From the NCBI GenBank assembly GCA_965207065.1, contig OZ242260.1:160001-224000 (forward strand): 64,000 bases of DNA, read 5' to 3'. The stretch is from a bacterium. GTDB taxonomy: Bacteria > UBA8248. The notes under the pieces are model-generated. The model did not search any database and was not told the DNA's origin. It saw only the letters and a program-made list of their open reading frames with translations. The position numbers and the translations under genes are program-made. Of the stretch, positions 1 to 9,465 are shown piece by piece; the first letter of the stretch is position 1, and every line of letters starts with the position of its first letter.

Positions 1-30
1 GAGCGTAACTCCAACCCAGTGAACGCATCA

Positions 31-1212
31 TTATCGATTAGTACAGTAGGGACTGCGAAGTCCCTGCCTCGCTTCCGCAAGCGGCCGGTCGAACTGTTTT
101 ACCACGGAAGCGAGGCAGCCACTATTTGCTAAGTCCCGTTGTGCTGTCTGGAACATCTGGACATAAACTCTGAGTTTGGTGCACTGGTCACTACTTTTTC
201 GGGTTAAGGTTGCCAGCGTTCGTGCAATCCTCTGTCTGACTCTTCGCTGGGCCAGCTCACAAGATTGGCTGATCCTTCGAGTCCTTCCGCTTCTATCGAT
301 TACCCCACCCTGGTTCATTCCACCGCCCGGGGAACCCGGATTCATATTCTCCTCTTTGCGCATTTCTCGTTCTTCATCCCGGATCATTTGTTCCAATTCA
401 TCCCATTTTGTTTTATCCGGCAAGTCTACTCTATCCTGCTCATCCGGCAAGTCTACTCTATCCTGCTCATCTGGCAGTTCTGCTCTATCCTGCTCATCTG
501 GCAGTTCTGCTCTATCCTGCTCATCTGGCAGTTCTACTCTATCTTGCTCATCTGGCAGTTCTACTCTATCTTGCTCATCTGGCAGTTCTGCTCTATCCTG
601 CTCATCTGGCAGTTCTACTCTATCTTGCTCATCTTCCTGGTTTTCCTTTATTGCTTCATCTATTTCATAGAATTCGCATGTTACTTTACCGACTGAAATG
701 GAGGGATTCTCCCCGAGTGGATTCCACCTCTCAACACCTTCCTTGATAGCTGCGTGCTGCGAATCAATCTCTTTCATGCCAGATTCTTTATTTTGTTTAT
801 ACTTCTGGTAGAGCAGATCTCCATGTAGTTGATTAAATGGGTATGTTTTATAAAAAGTTGTCCCGGAGCCGGCAAAAAGGCTTTCTGCAAAGCCTTCCAG
901 CTTGGTGATCCCGAATTTTTCCAAACCATTCAATTCTAAAGTAAGTTTTACGCAATTTTTTGAACCTAAAAAGCCGTAATTTGAATGAAATGCATATTTG
1001 TATTCACCCCTATTCGTTCGCCCTACATATCTCACATCAAATGACACATTAAATCCACATGGCTTACGCTTCCACTTCACTCTGGTGTCGTAACACATAA
1101 AATCATCCCAATCTGGTCGGCTCAAATCAGCATCGGCATTAGACGACGGCATCATTGAGCAGGTCATCACAAAAAAAACAACAATCAGTTTCAACTTGGT
1201 TTTGGCATTCAT
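31..1212 (-). CDS. Exported hypothetical protein with acidic 9-aa tandem repeats and a Cys-containing C-terminal helical region
   Basis: Signal-peptide-like N-terminus; (DEQDR[VA][ED]LP) x8; RBS-like GGGGAG upstream. Confidence 0.8.
   Translation of the reverse strand: MNAKTKLKLIVVFFVMTCSMMPSSNADADLSRPDWDDFMCYDTRVKWKRKPCGFNVSFDVRYVGRTNRGEYKYAFHSNYGFLGSKNCVKLTLELNGLEKFGITKLEGFAESLFAGSGTTFYKTYPFNQLHGDLLYQKYKQNKESGMKEIDSQHAAIKEGVERWNPLGENPSISVGKVTCEFYEIDEAIKENQEDEQDRVELPDEQDRAELPDEQDRVELPDEQDRVELPDEQDRAELPDEQDRAELPDEQDRVDLPDEQDRVDLPDKTKWDELEQMIRDEEREMRKEENMNPGSPGGGMNQGGVIDRSGRTRRISQSCELAQRRVRQRIARTLATLTRKSSDQCTKLRVYVQMFQTAQRDLANSGCLASVVKQFDRPLAEARQGLRSPYCTNR
418..633 (-). repeat. 27-bp in-frame tandem repeat, 8 copies
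   Basis: Unit approx. TGGCAGTTCTACTCTATCCTGCTCATC read directly. Confidence 0.95.
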
Positions 1213-1242
1213 GGTCTTACTCCCCGAGTTGTGTGTGACAGT

Positions 1243-1554
1243 TTAATTTTCGCCATAAAGGCCAAGGTACTTTGTTGTGAAATTCGTGTTCTCCAGTCTC
1301 GTCACCTTAAAGCCATGACGCCCCAATGCCGCTCCGATATCATTCGCATCGTTCAGCGGGTTCACCAGCTTTGTCGCAGACCGCTAAGATGTGTTGCCGA
1401 TCACCAGCGCAATCCTCTATTCTGTCAGTTCTGCTCGGTGAAAATCTAAACCAGCAATCCCTCCAGTAACCCAGACAACAAAATGTAGAGCGGCATTGCC
1501 AAGCTCTCCCGCATGATTTGCAGTCCAATCTCGCAAGGATAGTGAAATTCTCAT
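1243..1554 (-). pseudogene. Truncated caspase-family (peptidase C14) remnant
   Basis: Manual translation: E*RIALVIGNTS*RSATKLVNPLNDANDIGAALGRHGFKV; TAG stops at 1419-1417 and 1386-1384. Confidence 0.8.
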
Positions 1555-1596
1555 GACCCAAGACATCGCCGAAAGAAATTCGAGTTTTCGGCGACT

Positions 1597-2538
1597 CTAA
1601 TTCTCCAAAATACTTAGAACCTCTCTTTTGAGGGAAATTGAATCCATTTTCATATGGACAGCTCTCTTGCGAATCATCGCCAAGAGCTTTGGCCAGTCGC
1701 GCACCCAGCAACATTGATGATCGAATTCGGGGACAGAGAAAAAATGGACATTTGCCCGGGAAACTCGTTGGCGATACCGCTTCATGACCGCGGGAGGCAC
1801 AACCAAGTCCCGTCCGCCATGAAAGTGAAATTCACGCGACAACCCGAGAGCGGGCACATGCTCGGATGGATTGAGAGAATCTTTGAGAGGCGATACCTGG
1901 TGATGATTTGCCCAGGCGGAGATATCCAGAGGCGCGGCGACCGTAACCAATTCATCCACATCCATTCGGCGCGAAGCGACGAGCGTTGCAATAACGCCTC
2001 CGCCGGAATATCCGACGAGCGTGAGTCGATCTTCGGAAGACAACTTAGAATCCGTGATTGCGCGGTCCATCGCCTCAATGACTTCCGGCGAGTATCGCCC
2101 AGTAGTCCAGAGAGAAGAGTCACAACTGGTGATGAGCTTGCTGCCGACATATTGGCAGGGTCTCGCAAGATAAAGAACACCAGGGTCGGGAACGCGCAAA
2201 GCCAAGCGGAGAGCGACTGGATCATCGGGGGTAGGATCACTTGAAACCTGAGAGCGACTAAGCCACGCATTTCCGTCCCCCTCGATATAGACAACTATGC
2301 TCCCTGGGCTACGGCCCGGTTTATGGAAACCGATTATCGGAATTCCTTCGTGCGCAAACTGCTTATATTTCCAATCTGAACATGCCGGAAGCGGACATAT
2401 CCCCGATGCGCCCTCATATTCTGATGTTGCGCAACCCATCATCACACATGCTAAGACGATGAAGAACACTCGAAAGCAACGACACATACCCACATGACAG
2501 GCAACCGGATGTGAAAGCAGTGCTACCTTTCGATTCAT
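1597..2538 (-). CDS. Alpha/beta hydrolase (esterase), probable lipoprotein
   Basis: YIEGDG, GYSGG nucleophile motif, FDHQCCW; lipobox-like MMGC; start uncertain. Confidence 0.85.
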   Translation of the reverse strand: MNRKVALLSHPVACHVGMCRCFRVFFIVLACVMMGCATSEYEGASGICPLPACSDWKYKQFAHEGIPIIGFHKPGRSPGSIVVYIEGDGNAWLSRSQVSSDPTPDDPVALRLALRVPDPGVLYLARPCQYVGSKLITSCDSSLWTTGRYSPEVIEAMDRAITDSKLSSEDRLTLVGYSGGGVIATLVASRRMDVDELVTVAAPLDISAWANHHQVSPLKDSLNPSEHVPALGLSREFHFHGGRDLVVPPAVMKRYRQRVSRANVHFFSVPEFDHQCCWVRDWPKLLAMIRKRAVHMKMDSISLKREVLSILEN

Positions 2539-4988
2539 AACCCGGCGAGCGCGAAGTCCTCGCCGCGTGAATAGCCGACGGGTTTCTGGCTGATAGTTTC
2601 CCTGACAAGCCGACGGGAAAGAAGCGGCATTTCCCTCGTTGCATACCTGATAATCTCACCTACGGAAATTTTTTCATTTCGATCTTCATCCGCCGCGCCC
2701 TGGATACCTTCGAGTATCAGATAGGTCAGGGCGCCATGTGGCACGGAGAGCAGTTCGATTGCATCCTCATCCGCCCGCGAAGCCGCCAGTATATGAATGC
2801 CGCCCACACGCGCGATTCTGCGCAAAGTTTTTTGTCCGACGGCATCATCGAGCGCCCTTCCCGCTGAGGAGGATACGGCGTCAACGACTGCGCCGGACCG
2901 GCATGAATCAAGAATGAGAAACACGCGCTGCGCCTGAGTTTTCGTCAAGGAATGCATCAAGCGCCGACTGGAGATACCGTGCCGGCGTATCAACTCGGTT
3001 TTCCTCTCCGCTTTCGTGTTCCAGGCAAGCGTGTACGGGAGAAGATACCATTCCCAATTACCCTTGCTGCCCTCCTCTCTCAATGCGTAGCCGTGACCAG
3101 CAAAAAAGACCACCAGAACATCCTGGGGCGATTGGGATTTTCTCGAAAGGTGCTCTTCAATCGTGATTGCCTTCGCATGAGAATCCAACAGGGAAACCAC
3201 GCTCACGTCACTGTATAAGTCTCCACTCCGGTTACGCAGCACCGAGACGACAGCATTCGCGTCGTTACGAGTGTATTCCAGCTTCCAGTCAGGCCGAGCA
3301 TAGTCGCCGATACCAATGGCCACCACTTGCATCCTGGGCCGGCGTGGCTCAGGGGCCGCAAGCGTCACCCTCGTAAACGCCGGTTGGCCTTCGACCCCTG
3401 CAGGGCCAACCCCAATCACTTTGAAGGTGTTTTCCCCTGGAGTAAGCGAAACCGCATATTCAATGATATCGCCTATAGGATCGGAGACCATCTTCTCGGC
3501 AGGAACGAGCTTTCCATTGTGATACAGCCTGATTTCGAGCACATCCCGTCGGGGATAGTTCGAGGGTAGTCTGATTTTGATCCTTGAACGCCCATCAGCA
3601 TCGACCTGAAGACTATCAATCGGATCGATCGAAACGCTCGGAGGCGAAACATAGCCTTCTTCGGATAGATCGCGAATGTCTTCATTCAGGAAAGGTTGCG
3701 GTCCGCTACCAAGTTTCCCCAACAGTCCAGGCTCGAAATAGCTCTCGGAGAAAGCGTCGACCGGAAGTGTTTGCGCTACTGTCTCGCCAGCCCATGCCAG
3801 CGCATCGATACCGTTCTGAGGTCCATCGAATCGGCCTTTGCGGTCAAGAACTGTCCATCCGACATCTGTGGAAATCAAACGCGCGATGCGCGCCTGCTCA
3901 TCGAACGAATAGATCCCAACCGTTCCCTTCGATTCTCCGACGAAAATCCATCTTCGAGCGCCGTCCACTAAAAGCGCGCTTGCGGACTCTGTAGCCAGTT
4001 TCAGCGAAGTGACCTGGCTGATTCCAGCCGATATGGCCCAGATACTAACCTTGGCATCCTCTCCACTCGCTGAGACATGCATACCACCCCGGTCAACCAC
4101 GAGGAGTCGAATGGCGCCGGGATGGGCAGTTTCTCGCACAGAAATCAGCTCCGGGACTTCTTGGTCCGGGATGCGCCAAACACAGATGTTGCCTTTTTCA
4201 TCCCCGAATATCACTCGCTCGTCATCAGGCGCAAAAACTCCCGCAGTTACTGCAATAGAGTCCTCACAACCATCGATTCTCGTCGTTTTTTGCGACCCTC
4301 CGCTCTGTGCGACTCTCACAACCATCGTTCCCTGAACCGTGTTGAATACGATCTTCGAACCGTCTGAGGAGATAATTGGTCGACTATCAGGGTCGGCATC
4401 GGAAAACTGTTCGACTTCATCAGAACCATTGCGTTTCACAAACCAGAAGCCGTCAACCTCACTACGATATGCCACGACATTTCCATTCCCTGACAAGACT
4501 GGTTTGAATTCAGAATCGATTCCTTCAATATCCTCACCAATCTGCTGAACCGAGCCGTCTGGACGAATGGAGAATAACGAACCGTCCCTGCGGACGACTA
4601 TGGCTTCCAGGGAGTCCCCCTCTCCGCGAATGGCGCCTGAGGCAATCTCGTTTCCCAGGACTCCTCCCAATTGCACTCCGCGCCGGAGGTCCCACAACCT
4701 TGCGCTTTCATCTCCAAGTACGGTGAACAGATATGCCCGTGCCTTATCCGCATGTAGCTCAGTTACCGGGCCGGCTACGTCGCGGGTAATGTTGAGAATG
4801 GGGCGAATAACGGTGCGAACTGATCTGATGACCGGCTTGGTGAGATTTCGAATGGAACGACGCAATCTACCCAATCCCTGGGCGTCCGCAACCGACGGAA
4901 TGCATGCCATTACAATCCAAAGAAAAAATAACCCACACAGTGTGAGGCAAAAGAAACAACGTCCATCAACCGTTCTTTGGCGTTTCAT
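2535..4988 (-). CDS. Exported WD40/beta-propeller + caspase-family (C14) protease
   Basis: WD-like repeats (ARLWD, ICVWR, VSIWA); dyad motifs FFAGHG and ILDSCRSG; start placed at ATG 4988. Confidence 0.88.
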   Translation of the reverse strand: MKRQRTVDGRCFFCLTLCGLFFLWIVMACIPSVADAQGLGRLRRSIRNLTKPVIRSVRTVIRPILNITRDVAGPVTELHADKARAYLFTVLGDESARLWDLRRGVQLGGVLGNEIASGAIRGEGDSLEAIVVRRDGSLFSIRPDGSVQQIGEDIEGIDSEFKPVLSGNGNVVAYRSEVDGFWFVKRNGSDEVEQFSDADPDSRPIISSDGSKIVFNTVQGTMVVRVAQSGGSQKTTRIDGCEDSIAVTAGVFAPDDERVIFGDEKGNICVWRIPDQEVPELISVRETAHPGAIRLLVVDRGGMHVSASGEDAKVSIWAISAGISQVTSLKLATESASALLVDGARRWIFVGESKGTVGIYSFDEQARIARLISTDVGWTVLDRKGRFDGPQNGIDALAWAGETVAQTLPVDAFSESYFEPGLLGKLGSGPQPFLNEDIRDLSEEGYVSPPSVSIDPIDSLQVDADGRSRIKIRLPSNYPRRDVLEIRLYHNGKLVPAEKMVSDPIGDIIEYAVSLTPGENTFKVIGVGPAGVEGQPAFTRVTLAAPEPRRPRMQVVAIGIGDYARPDWKLEYTRNDANAVVSVLRNRSGDLYSDVSVVSLLDSHAKAITIEEHLSRKSQSPQDVLVVFFAGHGYALREEGSKGNWEWYLLPYTLAWNTKAERKTELIRRHGISSRRLMHSLTKTQAQRVFLILDSCRSGAVVDAVSSSAGRALDDAVGQKTLRRIARVGGIHILAASRADEDAIELLSVPHGALTYLILEGIQGAADEDRNEKISVGEIIRYATREMPLLSRRLVRETISQKPVGYSRGEDFALAGL

Positions 4989-4989
4989 A

Positions 4990-5307
4990 TCATTGGGCGT
5001 CAGAAGGTTGGTTGCCATACGAAGCAGGAGAAACGCCTTTTTTCCGAGAATCCTGCTCAGACGTTTCTTTGACAGTCTCAGCTTTGTCGCTGTTGGTTTT
5101 CAAAGTGGGTCGTGTGACGGTACGAACGGATCTGATGACCGGTTGCGTGAGATTCCGAATTGAATCTCTCAATTCACCGGACCCCTCGGCATACGCAACC
5201 ATCGGGATACTCAGCATTACAACCCAGAAAAAGCAATATCCAACGATTACGGAGGAGGAGTGACATTCAACAGCTGTTGTTGTTAATTTCATGTCATCTC
5301 GCATCAT
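4990..5307 (-). CDS. Small exported protein sharing its N-terminal segment with the WD40-caspase
   Basis: Fills the gap between two caspase genes; about 45 aa similar to the WD40-caspase leader; start 5307 or 5292. Confidence 0.55.
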   Translation of the reverse strand: MMRDDMKLTTTAVECHSSSVIVGYCFFWVVMLSIPMVAYAEGSGELRDSIRNLTQPVIRSVRTVTRPTLKTNSDKAETVKETSEQDSRKKGVSPASYGNQPSDAQ

Positions 5308-5320
5308 TTGATGACATATT

Positions 5321-7330
5321 TCAGCGCGAATCGGGCGAAACGATATTGTATTGCAGCGTCGCGATACTCCAACCTGAGCCACGAGCAGTATTGGGTACTG
5401 AAGAGCCGGATCGTAGGGCTTCTCCTATCTCGACGAGATAGGCCGCCGGAGACGGCACCACACTCAGGTCTTTATGCAGCGAAGCCAACTCCAAAACCCG
5501 ATCGTTCTTATCAGTCACAATAGCAACGAGCAGACCAGCACCAATTGGTGGGGTTGCCCGAAAACGAAAGCCGGCTTTCTCTCCTGGCAGGCGCACGGTT
5601 TCGCCCGGACGCATTGAGGATGAAACACCGCTGCGCAAACTTTGCTCATTGGGAAATATCTGAACCAACTCTCCCGCCACATTGATATCCAGCAATACGA
5701 GATGCCCCTTGCGGTCGCTTTCGACGATGATATCCAGATTGGTCCCTGGTGCGAGATTTACTCCCGGGTCGATTCGTAGTCGGACGCCTTTCTTCACGTT
5801 TGATGTCGGGCGAGCCGACGGACGAACAAGAATGTCTTTCGCGAGAGTAGCGTTTCGGGACAAACCCGCGTTTGCATTAGTAAACGCGGGGACCTCGAGC
5901 CGACCCGACGCCACCTGAACTTGTGGCGTCAAACCGAGGCGGCAATCATCGGAATGCCTTTTGCAGTACGCCTCGGATTCTTTGAGCACATACCGGTGGA
6001 GCTCGTCCATCGTCACGATGCCGTCGCGGTTTTGATCCGCCTTTCCATCACGCGCTCCCCAGAGCAGGCGTCTCGTATACACGCTTCCGCCACCCGAACG
6101 GCTCGAGGCTTCTCTGTCCACCAGCGCTTTCTGATCCGATCGGACGGCCGTCCAGATGGCGAAATCGGGATCGCTCGACTTCAATAGGGGTTCCTGCCGC
6201 GATTCTCCCTTGCCACCAACGCCGCGCGTTCGCGCGATTCGAATCGGCGAACCATCCGGCAGGCGAGGCGTCTTTATGTATTTCCAGCTCTCCAGGTCTC
6301 CCGCGCTTCTGGTGCTCGTGCCCGAATGGCAGGCATCGACCACGACATGAACCCGACGGCCAACTAAACGACCTAACAGAACACCGAGTTCGTCATCCGT
6401 AATCATGCCTTTTATCTTGCCGCTCTCATCCACGGATGCATCGACAGGGACTAATGTTTCATCCAGGTTGTCTGCTTCGTCTCCGTCCGTGTCGGGTTGT
6501 TGAAAACCATGGCCACTGTAGAAGAGGAATACCTCATCACCGGGATTTGTCCCATCGACCAGCCACTCCTTGACCGAGGACATAATGTTTTTCTTGGTCG
6601 CCTCTCTATCCAGCAAGAGCCGGACGTCCGATTTCTTGAATCCCACATGCCCTTTGATGAAGTCCTCTATATCCTTGGCGTCGTTCACCGGCCCGTTCAA
6701 GCGAGACACGTGCTGATATTTGTCGATTCCGATGAGAAGCGCCCGCCTGCGATTGCGCTCGACATTTTCGGCGGGCGCACTGCCTCCTAACTTCGTTATT
6801 TCGACGCGCCTGTTCCGCGCATGCGTCGTCGGAATCCCGTCGATTGGAAAACTCTCTCCCAATCCGACCTCAACCAGACGGTTTCCGACCACGCCCATTT
6901 CGTTCTTGAGGTAGCGCGTCACTGCGCGGGCGCGCCTTGAGGACAAACCTCGATTGTACTTGCTGCTTCCGGTGCTGTCGGTGTGGCCCAGTACTGCAAA
7001 CATTAACGGGCTGAGCGCATCTGTTTTGAGGGCTTTACCCAGTTCTTTCACCTGCGCCAGGGCGGTGCGCGTGAACCGAGCCGAATCGATTTCGAATTGA
7101 ATGGCCGGAAGAACAACTCTCGCCGGTCTCGCATCGGTGGGTTCCGAAACGATTCCCCTTGTCCGAGGCTTGGGCTTCATCTGGCGGACGATGTCGTCCG
7201 ACTTGACGATCTCTCCCCCGCTTGCCGGCGGTATCGACATAACCAAGAAACTCAGACAAGCGGTGGCCACGATACCAAGGCGGGTCGGTGATATGGGAAA
7301 CAACGAATGGAAACGCGCTGAGAGCCTCAT
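5321..7330 (-). CDS. Exported OmpA-C-like + caspase (C14) + DUF4384-like protein
   Basis: GHTD..G...YN..LS.RRA and NRRVEI (OmpA-C); RALLIGID, FYSGHG, DACHSG (C14); QIFPN-containing C-terminal domain. Confidence 0.9.
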   Translation of the reverse strand: MRLSARFHSLFPISPTRLGIVATACLSFLVMSIPPASGGEIVKSDDIVRQMKPKPRTRGIVSEPTDARPARVVLPAIQFEIDSARFTRTALAQVKELGKALKTDALSPLMFAVLGHTDSTGSSKYNRGLSSRRARAVTRYLKNEMGVVGNRLVEVGLGESFPIDGIPTTHARNRRVEITKLGGSAPAENVERNRRRALLIGIDKYQHVSRLNGPVNDAKDIEDFIKGHVGFKKSDVRLLLDREATKKNIMSSVKEWLVDGTNPGDEVFLFYSGHGFQQPDTDGDEADNLDETLVPVDASVDESGKIKGMITDDELGVLLGRLVGRRVHVVVDACHSGTSTRSAGDLESWKYIKTPRLPDGSPIRIARTRGVGGKGESRQEPLLKSSDPDFAIWTAVRSDQKALVDREASSRSGGGSVYTRRLLWGARDGKADQNRDGIVTMDELHRYVLKESEAYCKRHSDDCRLGLTPQVQVASGRLEVPAFTNANAGLSRNATLAKDILVRPSARPTSNVKKGVRLRIDPGVNLAPGTNLDIIVESDRKGHLVLLDINVAGELVQIFPNEQSLRSGVSSSMRPGETVRLPGEKAGFRFRATPPIGAGLLVAIVTDKNDRVLELASLHKDLSVVPSPAAYLVEIGEALRSGSSVPNTARGSGWSIATLQYNIVSPDSR

Positions 7331-7360
7331 GATGTGTCCCTCCAGGCGTTGATTTAAAGT

Positions 7361-7993
7361 CTAGTCGATAAGAATCACCTGCTGAGCCCTGGCCCATACA
7401 CGATGCTTTTTGCGCAAGGTGATCGATAAATCCTTCGCCACCGATTGCGCCGAACCGTTCAATGCCAGAAACGGACCCGCGCTGTTTTTCTTATTGACCA
7501 TAGCCGGGGTCAAAGGGGCATTCGTCTTCGACGCAATGACAGTGAGCAATTCCGCGCCCTTGGGACGCGAAGCCGTAAGCATATACTTGGAACCCTTCCC
7601 GGGAATACGAAGCCCCGCACTGGCTTTCACGAAATTATTTTTCGCGTAACGGTTGGGAAAAATCTGATGCACCTTGCCGCTGGTTCCCGTGTCGAAAACC
7701 CAGATATAAGCGTCCTCGGAGGGCTTGACCGTGAGCACCACGTTGTCACCATGCTTGTACTTGCGGTTAGCACGGTCCACGCTGGCATTGACGGATAAAC
7801 CCGAAGCAGCGCTCGCTCCGCTAGGCTTCGCCGGCTGGATTTTCGCCATAGGCATCTGACGAATATCCAAATCCTTCAAGTACGACTCCGCCAAGGCATC
7901 GCCCAAGCCCACGCCCCCAGCATGGAACGCTACGGCAACCACCATAGCTACAACACTGACTCCAATGAAACGAAATCGAGAAGTTATTTTCAT
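7361..7993 (-). CDS. Exported DUF4384-like protein
   Basis: Signal peptide; YKHGDNV..DAYIWVF..GKVHQIFPN..PKGAELL pattern. Confidence 0.85.
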   Translation of the reverse strand: MKITSRFRFIGVSVVAMVVAVAFHAGGVGLGDALAESYLKDLDIRQMPMAKIQPAKPSGASAASGLSVNASVDRANRKYKHGDNVVLTVKPSEDAYIWVFDTGTSGKVHQIFPNRYAKNNFVKASAGLRIPGKGSKYMLTASRPKGAELLTVIASKTNAPLTPAMVNKKNSAGPFLALNGSAQSVAKDLSITLRKKHRVWARAQQVILID

Positions 7994-8099
7994 TGTCCCA
8001 ATCTCCTTCTTCGTTTGGGTTGAAAGGTATCGTCCCCCGAATCATTAGCCCCTAGACAATTCGTTCATTAGCAAATTCGCCCGTCCGAGGTACATTCGC

Positions 8100-9401
8100 T
8101 CAATTGCCGACAATCGAGATAAACAGCGTCCTCATGCTCAGATCGCTCGGGTTGATGCGATCGCGGAACTGTTTCACTCTCTCGTAAAATTGCTCCGGGG
8201 TGAGGTAGAGGCTCGCGACTCCACCTCCTGCGCTGCTCAGAATATCCGCACCGGCCAGAAACTCCAGTTTTTCCCGGGTAGCGATGAGATAGAAAGCTTC
8301 TCTGCCCGCCGGTGGCTTCACGGTTACCCTCATACCGCTATCCTTCAGCGGAAAATCGACGATCTCGGCCGCCTTCATCGGCATGTTGTCCATCAAACGT
8401 GTCACCTGACACGACGTGCTCACATGGAAAACGCTCATAAAGGTGGGAGCACCCACCCGCATTTGAAAAGTGAGCGGTTCGCCGAAATTGAACTTATTGT
8501 TCGGCACCGCCCACGCCTCGGCAATAAATTTGCTTATTGCTCTAAGCGGTCGCAGGTTACATTCGGTGTGCTTGGCTTTTTTCGGGGCGCTCGTCATTTT
8601 GGATATGAAGAGTGTTCTCATGCTCAGATCATCCGGATTCATTCGGTCGCGGAACTGTTTCACTCTCTGGAAGAATTGCTGGGGGTTGAGGTCGAGGCGC
8701 GCGATTCCACCCGCCCCGGTACTCAGGATATCCGCACTGGCCAGAAACTCCAGTTTTTCCCGGGTTGCGATGAGATAGAACGCCTCCCTGCCCGCGGGTG
8801 GTTTGGCGATCATTCGCATTCCGCTGTCCCGCAGCGGAAAATTGACTATCTCGGCCGCCTTCATCGACATGTTGTCCAACAAGCGCGTTACCTTACACGA
8901 CGCGCTCACATGGAAGACGCTCACGTAGGTAGGAGAACTCACTCGCATCTGGAATGTGAGCGGTTCGCCGAAGTTAAACTTGCGATTCGGCACTGCCCAT
9001 GCCTCGGCAAGAAATGTCCTGCCCGCTTTGAGTTTCTTCAGTCCGCATCGGGTGCGCACAACCTTCTTTCGCTTTCCCATCTGCGCCTTCTTCCGCATCT
9101 GCTGCTTCGTTCCCGCCTGAGAAATTTTTTGCTTCAGCATCTGATCTCGTTCCTTCGACATCTGTTGTCTTTCCTGCTGAAGACGCATCCTTTGTTCACT
9201 CTCAGCTTGTTCCCTCTGCATTCTCGCCTGCCTTTCGGCCCCTTCCTGAACCGTAGTCATGACATCTTGAGCTGCCCTTAAGTCCTCCGGGTCGCAACCC
9301 GTCGCAGTGCCTAACAACAAGACCAGGCAAAGTCCAAACAACCCCCGAATTCCAATAGATGCGCAATTGTTTTTGCTGCGCTTCATCGTCACGTTTTTCA
9401 T
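8100..9401 (-). CDS. Lipoprotein with Gln-rich coiled coil and two tandem DUF4384-like domains
   Basis: Lipobox-like ATGC; internal duplication with 486-bp (162-aa) period; FGEPLTF and PPAGRE motifs. Confidence 0.8.
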   Translation of the reverse strand: MKNVTMKRSKNNCASIGIRGLFGLCLVLLLGTATGCDPEDLRAAQDVMTTVQEGAERQARMQREQAESEQRMRLQQERQQMSKERDQMLKQKISQAGTKQQMRKKAQMGKRKKVVRTRCGLKKLKAGRTFLAEAWAVPNRKFNFGEPLTFQMRVSSPTYVSVFHVSASCKVTRLLDNMSMKAAEIVNFPLRDSGMRMIAKPPAGREAFYLIATREKLEFLASADILSTGAGGIARLDLNPQQFFQRVKQFRDRMNPDDLSMRTLFISKMTSAPKKAKHTECNLRPLRAISKFIAEAWAVPNNKFNFGEPLTFQMRVGAPTFMSVFHVSTSCQVTRLMDNMPMKAAEIVDFPLKDSGMRVTVKPPAGREAFYLIATREKLEFLAGADILSSAGGGVASLYLTPEQFYERVKQFRDRINPSDLSMRTLFISIVGN

Positions 9402-9465
9402 GAGCAGGCTCCTTTGTTTTTCTCGATAGGCGCGGTCATGCCTCCTACTATCACCCCCGACCTTC

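Noticed and set aside
418-633. Possible CRISPR array
   Set aside because: Units are contiguous with no spacers and lie in frame within a CDS; no cas genes in the window
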